Shown piece by piece: positions 50,773 to 59,884 of a DNA stretch of 64,000 bases. How positions within the stretch are numbered: the stretch's first letter is position 1; the number at the start of each line of letters is the position of its first letter. The position numbers and the translations under genes were made by a program. The notes below the pieces were generated by a model. That model did not search any database, was not told the origin of the DNA, and was given only the letters and a program-made list of their open reading frames with translations. Source of the DNA: Myxococcales bacterium (GTDB lineage Bacteria > Myxococcota_A > Polyangia > Polyangiales > DASUME01); NCBI GenBank assembly GCA_047601445.1, contig JASGJH010000001.1, forward strand, positions 4,672,001-4,736,000, read 5' to 3'.

Positions 50773-52413
50773 TTGCGTGCTCTAGTCGTACCTGCACTCT
50801 GCGCTTCGTTCCTGCTCACCCTGTCCGCCTGTGGCGACGATACCAGAGAGCTCCCCGTGCCGTTGGGCGCGCCCGACGCCTCCACGATGGGGCCAGAAAT
50901 GGACGCGTCCATGGACAGCGGTGCAGCGCACCCTGACGCGGGTCCGAAGTGGGATCCGGACTCCGGATTGCCCCGTGAATGCGTGGAGCCGCCGCCCGCG
51001 CTGATCGATCCCGCCCTGCTCGCGCGCTGTCCGAGCTGCGAAGGCGACGCGCGTTGTGTGCCCAAGCTGCTGATCGAGAAGAAGGCTCCGGAAATGCTGG
51101 CCAAGCTCGGGAGTTGCGACGATAAGAACGTCTGCGTGCCCGATCCCATCATCGCCAGCATGGGGTTCTACAAGCCGGATTCCTGCCGTTCCGTGAACGA
51201 CAGCGAAGGTCGTTGCATGAGCGAGTGTCTGCCCGCTGTGGCGGCGCAGCGAGACATTCTGCCGCAGGCGGGCTGCGCTACCCACGAGCGCTGCGTGCCC
51301 TGCTTCGATCCCCTGAAGGGTGAGGAGACGGGTGCCTGCCGTCTCACCTGCGACCTCGGACCCGTGGAGCCTGCCAAGACCCTGAGCCCGTGCTGCGGCG
51401 GCCTGGGGACGTGCGTGCCGAGCGGCCTCGTACCGAGCGATCAAGCTTCGCTGCTGACGCGTGACTCATGCGTCGAGGAGAACACCCTGTGCGCGCCCAG
51501 CGTGCTCATGGACGACCAGGCCAAGCCCTCGACCTGCAGCTCGGTGGCGGGCTACGAGGGGCGCTGCTTGCCGGCTTGTCTGCCCAGCATCGCCGCCAAG
51601 GCGAGCAAGTTGCCGGCGGACGTGTGTCAGATCGGCGAAGTGTGCGCTCCATGCTTCGATCCCTTCGACGGCTCGGACAGCGGGGCCTGCCGCATCCACG
51701 GCGACGCTCCAGCCCAGCCGGCTGCCACCTTCTCCCAGTGTTGCGGCGAACTCGGCACCTGCGTGCCCAGCTCCTTGGTGGGCGCCGACGACGCGTCACG
51801 TCTACCCAAGGACAGCTGCGCACAGGCGGATTCGCTGTGCGTACCCAAGGCCTTTCTCGACAGCTCGTTCGTGCCTCCGAGCTGCCGCTCGCTCGGCAAC
51901 AGCGAAGGGCGCTGCGTGGCCACCTGCATGCTGCCAACCGAACAGCGCAGCGCGCCGTTGCCCCAGAGCAGCTGCGCCGTGGGCGAACTGTGCGCGCCTT
52001 GCTTCAACCCGGTCGACGGCGCGGCGACCAGCGTGTGCAGCATCCGTGGCGACGCACCCAAGGAGCCCGTGCTGCGCTTCGACACGATCTGCTGTGGGAG
52101 TAGCGGACTCTGCATTCCGCAGGAGCTCTCCGGGAACAATGCCAAGTCGCTGCCCGTGGACCGCTGCGGCACGGCGCTCGGCGCGGGCTGGGTGTGTGCG
52201 CCCAAGCGCGTGGTGGCCGATCCGACGCGCGCGAGCAATCCCTTCAACAGCTGCAAGATCAGCCTCGGCTTCTTCAGCGTTGGCCGCGGCAAGTGCGTGC
52301 CCAACTGCATGGTAGAGGCGAGCGGCTTCGCCAAGCGCCTGTTGCAGCGGTCGAGCTGTGAGAGCGGCGAGTCGTGCGTGCCTTGTTCGATCGGCGGCGT
52401 ACCAGGGTGCTGA
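50773..52413 (+). CDS. Cys-rich repeat lipoprotein (four ~115-aa repeats)
   Basis: TTG after GGGAGG, lipobox LSAC; recurring EGRC and C(A/V)PCF(D/N)P. Confidence 0.8.
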   Translation: MRALVVPALCASFLLTLSACGDDTRELPVPLGAPDASTMGPEMDASMDSGAAHPDAGPKWDPDSGLPRECVEPPPALIDPALLARCPSCEGDARCVPKLLIEKKAPEMLAKLGSCDDKNVCVPDPIIASMGFYKPDSCRSVNDSEGRCMSECLPAVAAQRDILPQAGCATHERCVPCFDPLKGEETGACRLTCDLGPVEPAKTLSPCCGGLGTCVPSGLVPSDQASLLTRDSCVEENTLCAPSVLMDDQAKPSTCSSVAGYEGRCLPACLPSIAAKASKLPADVCQIGEVCAPCFDPFDGSDSGACRIHGDAPAQPAATFSQCCGELGTCVPSSLVGADDASRLPKDSCAQADSLCVPKAFLDSSFVPPSCRSLGNSEGRCVATCMLPTEQRSAPLPQSSCAVGELCAPCFNPVDGAATSVCSIRGDAPKEPVLRFDTICCGSSGLCIPQELSGNNAKSLPVDRCGTALGAGWVCAPKRVVADPTRASNPFNSCKISLGFFSVGRGKCVPNCMVEASGFAKRLLQRSSCESGESCVPCSIGGVPGC

Positions 52414-52520
52414 AGCGAGCTGCTCCGAGCCTGGGAGCACGGGCGCGAGCTCGCGCCGCAAGCGTGCCAGCGGATCCCTGAACGCACAGATCGGCACACA
52501 GGTTGCTCTCGTCATTCGGC

Positions 52521-53798
52521 ATGGACCGCTCCCTTGCCATCGACCACCACGCAGACCGCAGTGCCAACACCGCCGCCACGCTCGTGCTCATCGCGGGCCG
52601 CTCGCGCTCGCCCAGCTTTCGCTTCGAGCGCGGTGACCTCAGCCGCCGCATCACGGTCGGTCCTGGGCCCGGCTGCGACTGGCAGGTCGACACCAATGGC
52701 CTGGCACAGGTGGCGATGTTCTTCACCGGTGACTCGCTCTGGATCGACGTGGAGCGCGCCCACCGACTCTTGCTCTGCAACGAGCAAACGCTGCAGAAGG
52801 GCTGGTCTCGTCTGGATCACGGCGATCGACTGAAGCTCGGTGAGGTCAGCATCGGCGTGGAGCTCGCCCCCGATCTCAGGACACAAGACGCGTCGAGTGT
52901 GGGCGCTCCGTCCACGCAGCGTTCGAGCCAGGTCGGATCGAATACTGAAAACAGCATCGCCGCGATCATGCGGCTGGTGCGCGGTAGCTCGGAGCGCATG
53001 AGCTGGGGCTTCCGCAAGACCGACATCGGCATCGCCATCACGGTCGGTGCCGGGCGCAACTGCGACTGGTCCATGACCACGGGTGGTCACGAAATCCGCG
53101 AGGTCAGTCTGCTGTACGCCGGCGATACCCTGCTCGTTCGCCGAGAACAGCCGGGCAATCGACTGCGCCTCGACGGCGAGCCGCTCGGAGAAGATTGGAC
53201 TTTCGTGCCGCCGGGAAGCCGCCTCGAAATTGGCCTGGCATGTCTCGAACTGCAGGTCGGAAGCGAGCGCTCGAGCTTGCCACCGTTGCCATCGTTCGTG
53301 CGCCTGCCTCGCAAGTCGCCCGTTCCGCGTGGTCCCAAGTCGGGCATCATGCTTCAACCGCGAGAGGCCAAGACCGTGCCGGAACTTCCAGCCCAGTCCG
53401 AGCCGCTGATCACCCCGCCGCCCGCGGCCGTCATCAACACGCCGCTCCCTGCGGCCAAGTCCGAGTCGAGGCCGACCCTGCTGCCGAGGCAAGCGCAGGC
53501 GTTGGCGCGCGCTGACCTGATGCTGCGCAGCGGCGGAGCCCTCAGCAAGGTCGGCGACGCGAACTCCAAGCTGGAAGCGGGACCCAGCGCAGGCTCCGGC
53601 CGACCGCGGCGAAACGTGGTGGAGATGTCGAAGGACACCATGGAAGCGAAGCGCCCGCCCGAAGCCTGGGTGCAATCCATCGTGCCCAACCAGCGCCGCA
53701 ACAAGCGAACCTCGCGCAAGCTCAAGGCTTACGCGCTCGGGGGCTTCGTGCTCGCCGCGCTGTATGCGGCCTGGGTGGTGCTGCTCGACAAGGTCTGA
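52521..53798 (+). CDS. Protein with two FHA-like beta domains and a C-terminal TM
   Basis: Duplicated ITVGxGxxCDW...GxRLxxG segments; C-terminal hydrophobic helix. Confidence 0.6.
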   Translation: MDRSLAIDHHADRSANTAATLVLIAGRSRSPSFRFERGDLSRRITVGPGPGCDWQVDTNGLAQVAMFFTGDSLWIDVERAHRLLLCNEQTLQKGWSRLDHGDRLKLGEVSIGVELAPDLRTQDASSVGAPSTQRSSQVGSNTENSIAAIMRLVRGSSERMSWGFRKTDIGIAITVGAGRNCDWSMTTGGHEIREVSLLYAGDTLLVRREQPGNRLRLDGEPLGEDWTFVPPGSRLEIGLACLELQVGSERSSLPPLPSFVRLPRKSPVPRGPKSGIMLQPREAKTVPELPAQSEPLITPPPAAVINTPLPAAKSESRPTLLPRQAQALARADLMLRSGGALSKVGDANSKLEAGPSAGSGRPRRNVVEMSKDTMEAKRPPEAWVQSIVPNQRRNKRTSRKLKAYALGGFVLAALYAAWVVLLDKV

Positions 53799-53807
53799 AG
53801 CTCGGGA

Positions 53808-54854
53808 CTAACGAGTGGCGCGCATCACACCGCGCTCGGCAAAGCTGATTCCCGCGAGCACGTCGGACAGCTGCTCGAAGACCGCCTTCTGAGCGGCCGC
53901 ACCGGCGGCCAGCGGATTGAGCACGCACACGTCGACGCCTTGCTCGGCGTAAGCACGGATGCGCGCGCGTACGTGGGCCTCGTCGCCCGCAATCCCGATG
54001 GCATCGCACAGCCGCGGCGTCATGGCCTTGGCCACGCCGGCGCGGTCACCCTTCGAAAAGGCCTCCTTCACGGCCAGGGCCTCCTGCTCCATGCCTATCC
54101 ACTGGAAGAAACGGTTGTAGCCACCTACCGCCACGTAGGGCCCGAATGCCATGCGCACTACCTCGCGTCCGTGATCGATGGAAGGCAGCACGCTGACGTG
54201 GAGACGCGCTACCACTTCGAGACTGGCCGGGTCGCGCCCCGCCTCTTCGGCGCCACGCCGCACCTCGCCCAGCACCTGCTTGAGCGCGCTCTCGGGCACC
54301 ATGTTGAGCACCACGCCGTCGGCCAGCGCGCCAGCCAGGCGCAACATCTGCGGGTTGAGGGCGCCCACGAAGAGCGGCACCTCCACCTTCGACGGCAAGC
54401 GGAAGTTCTTCATGCTCAGAGTCTCGCCCGCGACCTGCACCTTCTCGCCTGCAAAGGCCTTGCGCAGCGCGCCCAGTGCCTCACGCATACGCGGGATGGG
54501 CTTGTCGTAGGGCTGCCCCGCCCAATCGCGCACGATGTTCTCGGAGGAGATGCCGAGGCCCAAGCTAAAGCGCCCCCCGGTGAGCTCGCTCAAGGTGTAG
54601 GAGCCGAGCGCGTGGATCATCACGGAGCGCGTCGCGAGCGGCAGCACGCCCATGCCGATGCGCACGCCGGGCGCCGCCTGACTGAGCGCCCCCGCGAGGG
54701 CGTAGCACTCGGCCGCGTTGACCTCGGCCAGCCAGAGTTCGTCATACCCCTTCGCGCACATCTCTTTGGCCAGGGCGACCGCGTGCTGGGCGACCGGAGG
54801 CTGGCTGGGAACCATGGGAACGGTGAGTCCGAGACGCGGGCGAAGGGCGGTCAT
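53808..54854 (-). CDS. LLM-class (luciferase-like, possibly F420-dependent) oxidoreductase
   Basis: GYDELWLAE, GGRFSLGLG, GALNPQMLRLAGALADG. Confidence 0.9.
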   Translation of the reverse strand: MTALRPRLGLTVPMVPSQPPVAQHAVALAKEMCAKGYDELWLAEVNAAECYALAGALSQAAPGVRIGMGVLPLATRSVMIHALGSYTLSELTGGRFSLGLGISSENIVRDWAGQPYDKPIPRMREALGALRKAFAGEKVQVAGETLSMKNFRLPSKVEVPLFVGALNPQMLRLAGALADGVVLNMVPESALKQVLGEVRRGAEEAGRDPASLEVVARLHVSVLPSIDHGREVVRMAFGPYVAVGGYNRFFQWIGMEQEALAVKEAFSKGDRAGVAKAMTPRLCDAIGIAGDEAHVRARIRAYAEQGVDVCVLNPLAAGAAAQKAVFEQLSDVLAGISFAERGVMRATR

Positions 54855-54961
54855 GCAGGGCTCTCTACCACAGCCCAGGCGTGGCTCCTATGGGCTGGAG
54901 AGCTCTCCTCGCCGGGCGCGGATTGCCGGGACCCGCGGGGCCGCACTATAGAGCGGGACCC

Positions 54962-56137
54962 ATGACCTTGCCCTTCACCGTGCGGGCCCTCGATGTCCAC
55001 TCGCGCGCGCGCCGCGGCACGCTGATCACCGCCCACGGCGCGGTGGAGACGCCCGCTTTCATGGCCGTGGGTACACGCGCCACCGTGACCGGATTGACGC
55101 CGGATGATCTGCGCGCAGTGGGCGCGCAGGTGGTGCTGGGCAACACCTATCACTTGATGCTGCGCCCGGGTCCCGAGCTGTTTCGACGGGTCGGCGGCAT
55201 CCACGCGTACATGAAGTGGTCCGGCCCCGTGCTCACCGATTCGGGCGGCTACCAGATCTTCTCGCTCTCGGAGGACCGCACCATCAACGAGAAGGGTGCG
55301 CGCTTCAAGAGCTACGTCGATCAACGCTTCTATCTGCTCTCGCCCGAACGCTCCATCGAGATGCAGACGGCCATCGGCTCCGACATCATGATGGTGCTCG
55401 ACGAGTGCGTGGATTCGAACTCCGACGAGGCCCGCACGCGCGCCGCCATGGAGCGCACCCATCGTTGGGCCCTGCGCAGCTTGGCCGCGCGCACGAACCC
55501 GGCGCAGGCCCTGTTCGCCATCGTGCAGGGCGGTGTCGTGGCGTCGCTGCGCAAGGAGTCGGCGGACTTCCTGACCCAGCATCCATTCGACGGCTTCGCC
55601 ATCGGTGGACTCGCCGTGGGCGACACGCGCGCGCAGCGCGAGGAGATGACCCACTTCTCGGCGCAACTCTTGCCCGCCGAGCGTCCACGCTACCTGATGG
55701 GCGTGGGCACGCCGCCCGATTTGCTGCACGCAATTTTGGCCGGTGTGGACATGTTCGACTGCGTCCTGCCCACCCACCTCGGCTGGCAAGGCACCGGCTT
55801 CACCTCCACGGGGCGCGTACGCATCACGCGGGCTGCCAATGCCGATGCCGACGTGCCGCTCGACGCCGCCTGCAACTGCAGCACGTGCCGCACCTTCAGC
55901 CGCTCCTATTTGCACCATCTCTTCAAGTGCAGCGAGCCACTCGGACCGCGCCTCCTGTCGATCCACAACCTGCACCACTATCACAGCCTGATGGCCGAGG
56001 CGCGTGCCGCCATCGAAGCGGGCGTCTACGCGAGCTTCGCCAGGCAAAAGCTCGACGCCATCGATCGCCACGAGCACAGTGACAAGCGGCTCGGCGCCGC
56101 CTTAGCTGCAGTCGGCTCTCCAGTCGACGCGGTGTAA
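54962..56137 (+). CDS. tgt: tRNA-guanine transglycosylase family protein (divergent paralog)
   Basis: NTYHL, TDSGGYQ, LDEC, VQGG, GGLAVG, YLMGVG, DMFDCV, Zn motif CNCSTC...H. Confidence 0.9.
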   Translation: MTLPFTVRALDVHSRARRGTLITAHGAVETPAFMAVGTRATVTGLTPDDLRAVGAQVVLGNTYHLMLRPGPELFRRVGGIHAYMKWSGPVLTDSGGYQIFSLSEDRTINEKGARFKSYVDQRFYLLSPERSIEMQTAIGSDIMMVLDECVDSNSDEARTRAAMERTHRWALRSLAARTNPAQALFAIVQGGVVASLRKESADFLTQHPFDGFAIGGLAVGDTRAQREEMTHFSAQLLPAERPRYLMGVGTPPDLLHAILAGVDMFDCVLPTHLGWQGTGFTSTGRVRITRAANADADVPLDAACNCSTCRTFSRSYLHHLFKCSEPLGPRLLSIHNLHHYHSLMAEARAAIEAGVYASFARQKLDAIDRHEHSDKRLGAALAAVGSPVDAV

Positions 56138-56138
56138 C

Positions 56139-56987
56139 GTGAGCACTTCCCGCGAGTGTGAGGTCGTGATCACGCGCAGTGGCGCACATGCGATGCTGGA
56201 TCACGCTTCCGGCGAGGTCATGCACCCGGTGGTGGGTCCCCTGGTAGAGGCCGAGCAACTCTACCTGCAACCGAGCCGCCTGCGCGAACGCTTGAGCACG
56301 TCGAGCAGCGACCCGCTCGTGCTGTTCGACGTGGGCCTCGGCGCAGGCTCCAACGCGGCCCTCGCGTTTCGCACCTCCGAGGCCTTGCGCGGCCTGCGCC
56401 GTCCACTGACCATCGTGAGCTTCGAGACCTCCCTCGCAGCCTTCGCGCTGGCCGCGACCTCCGAACACCGCGCCGCGTTCGGCCTCGACGACGACGTACT
56501 GCCCGCGGCGCGCGCGCTGCTCGAGCGGGGCGAACACCGCACACCCCACACGCACTGGCGGTTGGTGCGGGGCGACGTACTCGAGACCATCCGCGCGGAA
56601 CCGGCCCAAGCTGCCGATGTGGTGTTCTGGGATCCCTTCTCGCCGCGCGCCAATCCCGCGCTCTGGACCGCGGCAGCCTTCGAAGCGCTCCACCGCGCCT
56701 GTCGCCCCGGCGTCAGCGTCCACACCTACAGCACCGCGACCGCCGTGCGCAGCGCGCTCCTGTTGGCGGGCTTCGCCGTGGGCCAAGGACCGAGCACTGG
56801 CGAAAAGGCGCAGACCACCCTGGCGGCTCTGGACGCGCGAGATCTCGCGCAACCGCTCGACCTACGTTGGCTCACCCGGCTGACGCGCTCGTCGGCGCCC
56901 TTCCCTAGTGACGCTCCGCCAGACGCCATGCAGCGCGTGCACGCGCTGGCCCAGTTCAGTCCCGCGGACGCGCGAACCAGCCCTTGA
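56139..56987 (+). CDS. MnmC-like (MnmD-domain) SAM-dependent methyltransferase
   Basis: EVMH..GP..EA, DVGLGAGSN, WDPFSPRANPALW, TYS..VRSALLLAGF. Confidence 0.85.
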   Translation: MSTSRECEVVITRSGAHAMLDHASGEVMHPVVGPLVEAEQLYLQPSRLRERLSTSSSDPLVLFDVGLGAGSNAALAFRTSEALRGLRRPLTIVSFETSLAAFALAATSEHRAAFGLDDDVLPAARALLERGEHRTPHTHWRLVRGDVLETIRAEPAQAADVVFWDPFSPRANPALWTAAAFEALHRACRPGVSVHTYSTATAVRSALLLAGFAVGQGPSTGEKAQTTLAALDARDLAQPLDLRWLTRLTRSSAPFPSDAPPDAMQRVHALAQFSPADARTSP

Positions 56988-57330
56988 TCACATCGAGCAC
57001 GGTCTCGTGCTTCCAGTCCTTGAACTCGCCCGCGTCGAAGAACGTGCCCTGACACACCGGACAGGTCTCGAGGTGAATGTGGGACTGCTTGCTGTCCACG
57101 ATACGCACCATCGGTGTGGTGTCACGCGGGCAGCGAATGCGATCGTGGGTGTTGTGCTTCTGGCCCTCTTCGACGGTACCGATATCGATGGCCTCGGAGC
57201 CCGGCATCGCCTTCAACTTGTCGGCCTTGCGCGCGTCGAAGAACAACCCATGACACGAGGTGCAGCGCTCGACTTCAACCTTCTCGAAAACGACCGACTC
57301 CATGGCGGCACTGCACTTGGGGCAAATCAT
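56956..57330 (-). CDS. Double zf-TFIIB-type zinc-ribbon protein
   Basis: CPKC..CTSC and CPRD..CPVC, each followed by (G)xFFD. Confidence 0.85.
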   Translation of the reverse strand: MICPKCSAAMESVVFEKVEVERCTSCHGLFFDARKADKLKAMPGSEAIDIGTVEEGQKHNTHDRIRCPRDTTPMVRIVDSKQSHIHLETCPVCQGTFFDAGEFKDWKHETVLDVIKGWFARPRD

Positions 57331-57417
57331 GGGACTCCTTGCTCGAGAAGCAGAGCACACCGGAAAGCCCCCGCGCCAGTCGATTCGCTGGCCCGCCACC
57401 CAGAGCGCCCGTGAGAA

Positions 57418-58122
57418 TCACTCGCTGCGCTGCTTTTGCGGCCGATAGGGGTACACCCAGCTCAAGAACGGGTTCACCGTGCGCGTTTGGACCCACACCT
57501 TGCCCTGCCCCGAGAAGCGCACCACCAACCCTTCGCCGCCGAAGAAGAACGACTTCGCGCGCCCGCCCAGACCGAGGCCCGGCAAGACGCTCACGTCGTA
57601 TCGCAAGGTATCCTCGAACGCGACCACGTAGCCCGTGTCCACCAGCATGTCCGTGGTGACATCGAGCTCCAGTACAGCTCCGTAGGCATTGAAGAACACG
57701 TCGCCCTCGCCGCTCGCTTGCAACAGGACGAGCCCTTGCCCCGAGAAGAAGCCGCGCGCGCCTGCCCACTTGGCCGTCACGTTCACACCTTCGCCGTTCG
57801 CGAGATAGCCGCCGCGCTGCACCATCAAACGCCCGCCGCGCAGGCGGTAGTGCACGATGTCGCCGGCGGGGCCGGGCGCCAAACAGAGCTCGCCCGCTTG
57901 CTGCGCGGTGTAGGTGTTCACGATCATGCTCTCGCCGGCGAACATGCGACCCATGCTGCCGAGCACGCCACCCTTGAGCCCCGCCTTCAGCTGGATGCCG
58001 GGATCCATGCTGGCCATGGCCGAGGGTTCGCTGAACAGCTTTTGTCCACTCGCGAGGCGCACGCGCAGCATGGCGAAGTCGGGGCGCTCGAGGATGTCGA
58101 AGTCGAACGAAGGAGTGGTCAC
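57418..58122 (-). CDS. AIM24/TIGR00266 family protein
   Basis: AMASM, GES, FFSGQG, VDTG, GEGLV..FSGQGKVWVQTR. Confidence 0.9.
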   Translation of the reverse strand: MTTPSFDFDILERPDFAMLRVRLASGQKLFSEPSAMASMDPGIQLKAGLKGGVLGSMGRMFAGESMIVNTYTAQQAGELCLAPGPAGDIVHYRLRGGRLMVQRGGYLANGEGVNVTAKWAGARGFFSGQGLVLLQASGEGDVFFNAYGAVLELDVTTDMLVDTGYVVAFEDTLRYDVSVLPGLGLGGRAKSFFFGGEGLVVRFSGQGKVWVQTRTVNPFLSWVYPYRPQKQRSE

Positions 58123-58135
58123 CGGGCGTCCTCTC

Positions 58136-58816
58136 TCAGCGTGGGTAGAGCATGGGTCCGAGCAGCTTGCCGAAGCTCGGAGGGTTGTGGCTCTGGCAGT
58201 AGAGCTTGCCGGTGCCACGGAAGTGACACACGAGTCCTTCGCCGCTCAGGTAGCTCTGCATCCAGCTGTCACCGAGCTTGCCGACCTCGAAGTTCAGGGT
58301 GTCCTCGAAGGCCACGATGTGTCCGGAGTCGACCACGTAGGTGCCGTCGATGGGTACCTCGTAGATGGCGCCGAAGCTGTTGAGGAACACGTCGCCCACG
58401 CCGCTGCACTTGACCCAAAACACGCTCTCGCCGGAGAACAGCGCCTTGCCGAGGCCCTGGAAGCTGCCGTCGATGTCCACGCCAGGGCCCGAGGCGAGCC
58501 AGCTCGACCCCTGCACGATCAAGGAGCCACCCGTGAGCCGATGGTGGACCACGTCTCCGCACAGGCCCGGCCCCAGGATGAGCTCCTGTCCCGCGGCGCC
58601 GGCGGTGAAGTGATTCAAGAAGAAGTTCTCGCCGGCCACCATGCGCTTGACCCCGGCCCAGAAGCCGCCGCCGCCTTTGCGACTCGCGCTGGTTTGCACC
58701 GTAAAGCCGCTGGTCATGGCGATCATCGCGCCAACCTCGCAGACCACGGTCTCGCCGCGCTGCATGGTGAGCTTCACGACGGACGCCGATGGACGCGCCA
58801 GAATTTCTGCCTGCAC
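58136..58816 (-). CDS. AIM24/TIGR00266 family protein
   Basis: GAMIAM, GENFFLN, VDSGHIVAF, SGEGLV. Confidence 0.9.
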   Translation of the reverse strand: MQAEILARPSASVVKLTMQRGETVVCEVGAMIAMTSGFTVQTSASRKGGGGFWAGVKRMVAGENFFLNHFTAGAAGQELILGPGLCGDVVHHRLTGGSLIVQGSSWLASGPGVDIDGSFQGLGKALFSGESVFWVKCSGVGDVFLNSFGAIYEVPIDGTYVVDSGHIVAFEDTLNFEVGKLGDSWMQSYLSGEGLVCHFRGTGKLYCQSHNPPSFGKLLGPMLYPR

Positions 58817-58826
58817 GTGAGACTCC

Positions 58827-59480
58827 TCAGAGGTGACTGTTGACCCAGCTCGCCAGGCCCTGAAGGGACCGACTCTGCATGTAGATGCGGCCTTGCCCGC
58901 GGATGCGCATCACGAGGCCCTCGCCGCTAAAAAAGCTGGAAAACAGGCCACCCGCCATCCCCAAGCGAAGCTCCAAAGTGGGCTCGTAAGCCACCAGATG
59001 CCCGCTGTCGACCACGTACTCGCCCTGCACGTCCTTCTCCACGATGCCACCGTAGGCACCGAACCAGACCCGGCCGTGGCCGCTCACCTTGAGCCGAAAC
59101 AAGCCCTCGCGCGCGATCAGGCTACGCAGGCCGGCGTAACCCAGCCCGAATTCGACGCTGGGGTCACAGGCCAGGAACGCGCCTGGCTGCAGGTAGAGCG
59201 TCTGCCCCTTGAGCTCCACCATCTCGATGTCTCCTGGGACCGGCTGGGTCAACACCAGCTCGCCCTCCGACTCGCTCGAGAACTCGTTCAGGAACAACGT
59301 CTCCCCGCCGAACAGGGCGCGCAAAATGGCGCGGAAGAAACCACCGTTCCAGCGCGTTTGCACGGCGATGGAGCTGGACATGCTCGCCATGGCGTCCGAT
59401 TCGGTAACGATGCGGTCCCCGCGCGCCAAACGGACCAACAGGTTCGCGAACGAAGGGCGATTGCGGATTTGGATCTGCAT
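58827..59480 (-). CDS. AIM24/TIGR00266 family protein
   Basis: AMASM, GGETLFLN, VDSGHLVAY, SGEGLV. Confidence 0.9.
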   Translation of the reverse strand: MQIQIRNRPSFANLLVRLARGDRIVTESDAMASMSSSIAVQTRWNGGFFRAILRALFGGETLFLNEFSSESEGELVLTQPVPGDIEMVELKGQTLYLQPGAFLACDPSVEFGLGYAGLRSLIAREGLFRLKVSGHGRVWFGAYGGIVEKDVQGEYVVDSGHLVAYEPTLELRLGMAGGLFSSFFSGEGLVMRIRGQGRIYMQSRSLQGLASWVNSHL

Positions 59481-59632
59481 GCGAGGGTGATTTTGTCAGA
59501 GCGACCCAAAGTGCCAACTTTTTTCACCGCGTGCCGAGGAGCTGCGCGAGTATTTGCCTGGAGGCCCGAGATCTCGAAGGCTTCGAGCAACAGCCGGCAC
59601 CCATCCCGCGCACGCACTTTCGAGGAGCAGCC

Positions 59633-59863
59633 GTGGCCATCTTGCGCTTGATCATCGAGCTCTATACCTACGTGATCTTCGCTGCCGTGGTGATCTCCTG
59701 GGTGCCCGACTTGCGGAAGTACCCGGTGGCGCGCTGGGTCGACTCGGTCACCGAGCCCGTGTTCGCCCAGGTGCGCAAGGTCATCCCGCCCATCGGTGGA
59801 CTCGATCTCTCGTCGCTCGTGGTGTTGGTGGGGCTGGGGTTGTTGCGTAACCTGTTTCGGTAA
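59633..59863 (+). CDS. YggT-family membrane protein
   Basis: GAGGAG RBS + GTG; ISW, TEP...RKVIPPIGGLDLS. Confidence 0.9.
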   Translation: MAILRLIIELYTYVIFAAVVISWVPDLRKYPVARWVDSVTEPVFAQVRKVIPPIGGLDLSSLVVLVGLGLLRNLFR

Positions 59864-59884
59864 TCGGCCCGAGCCCGACACCCT

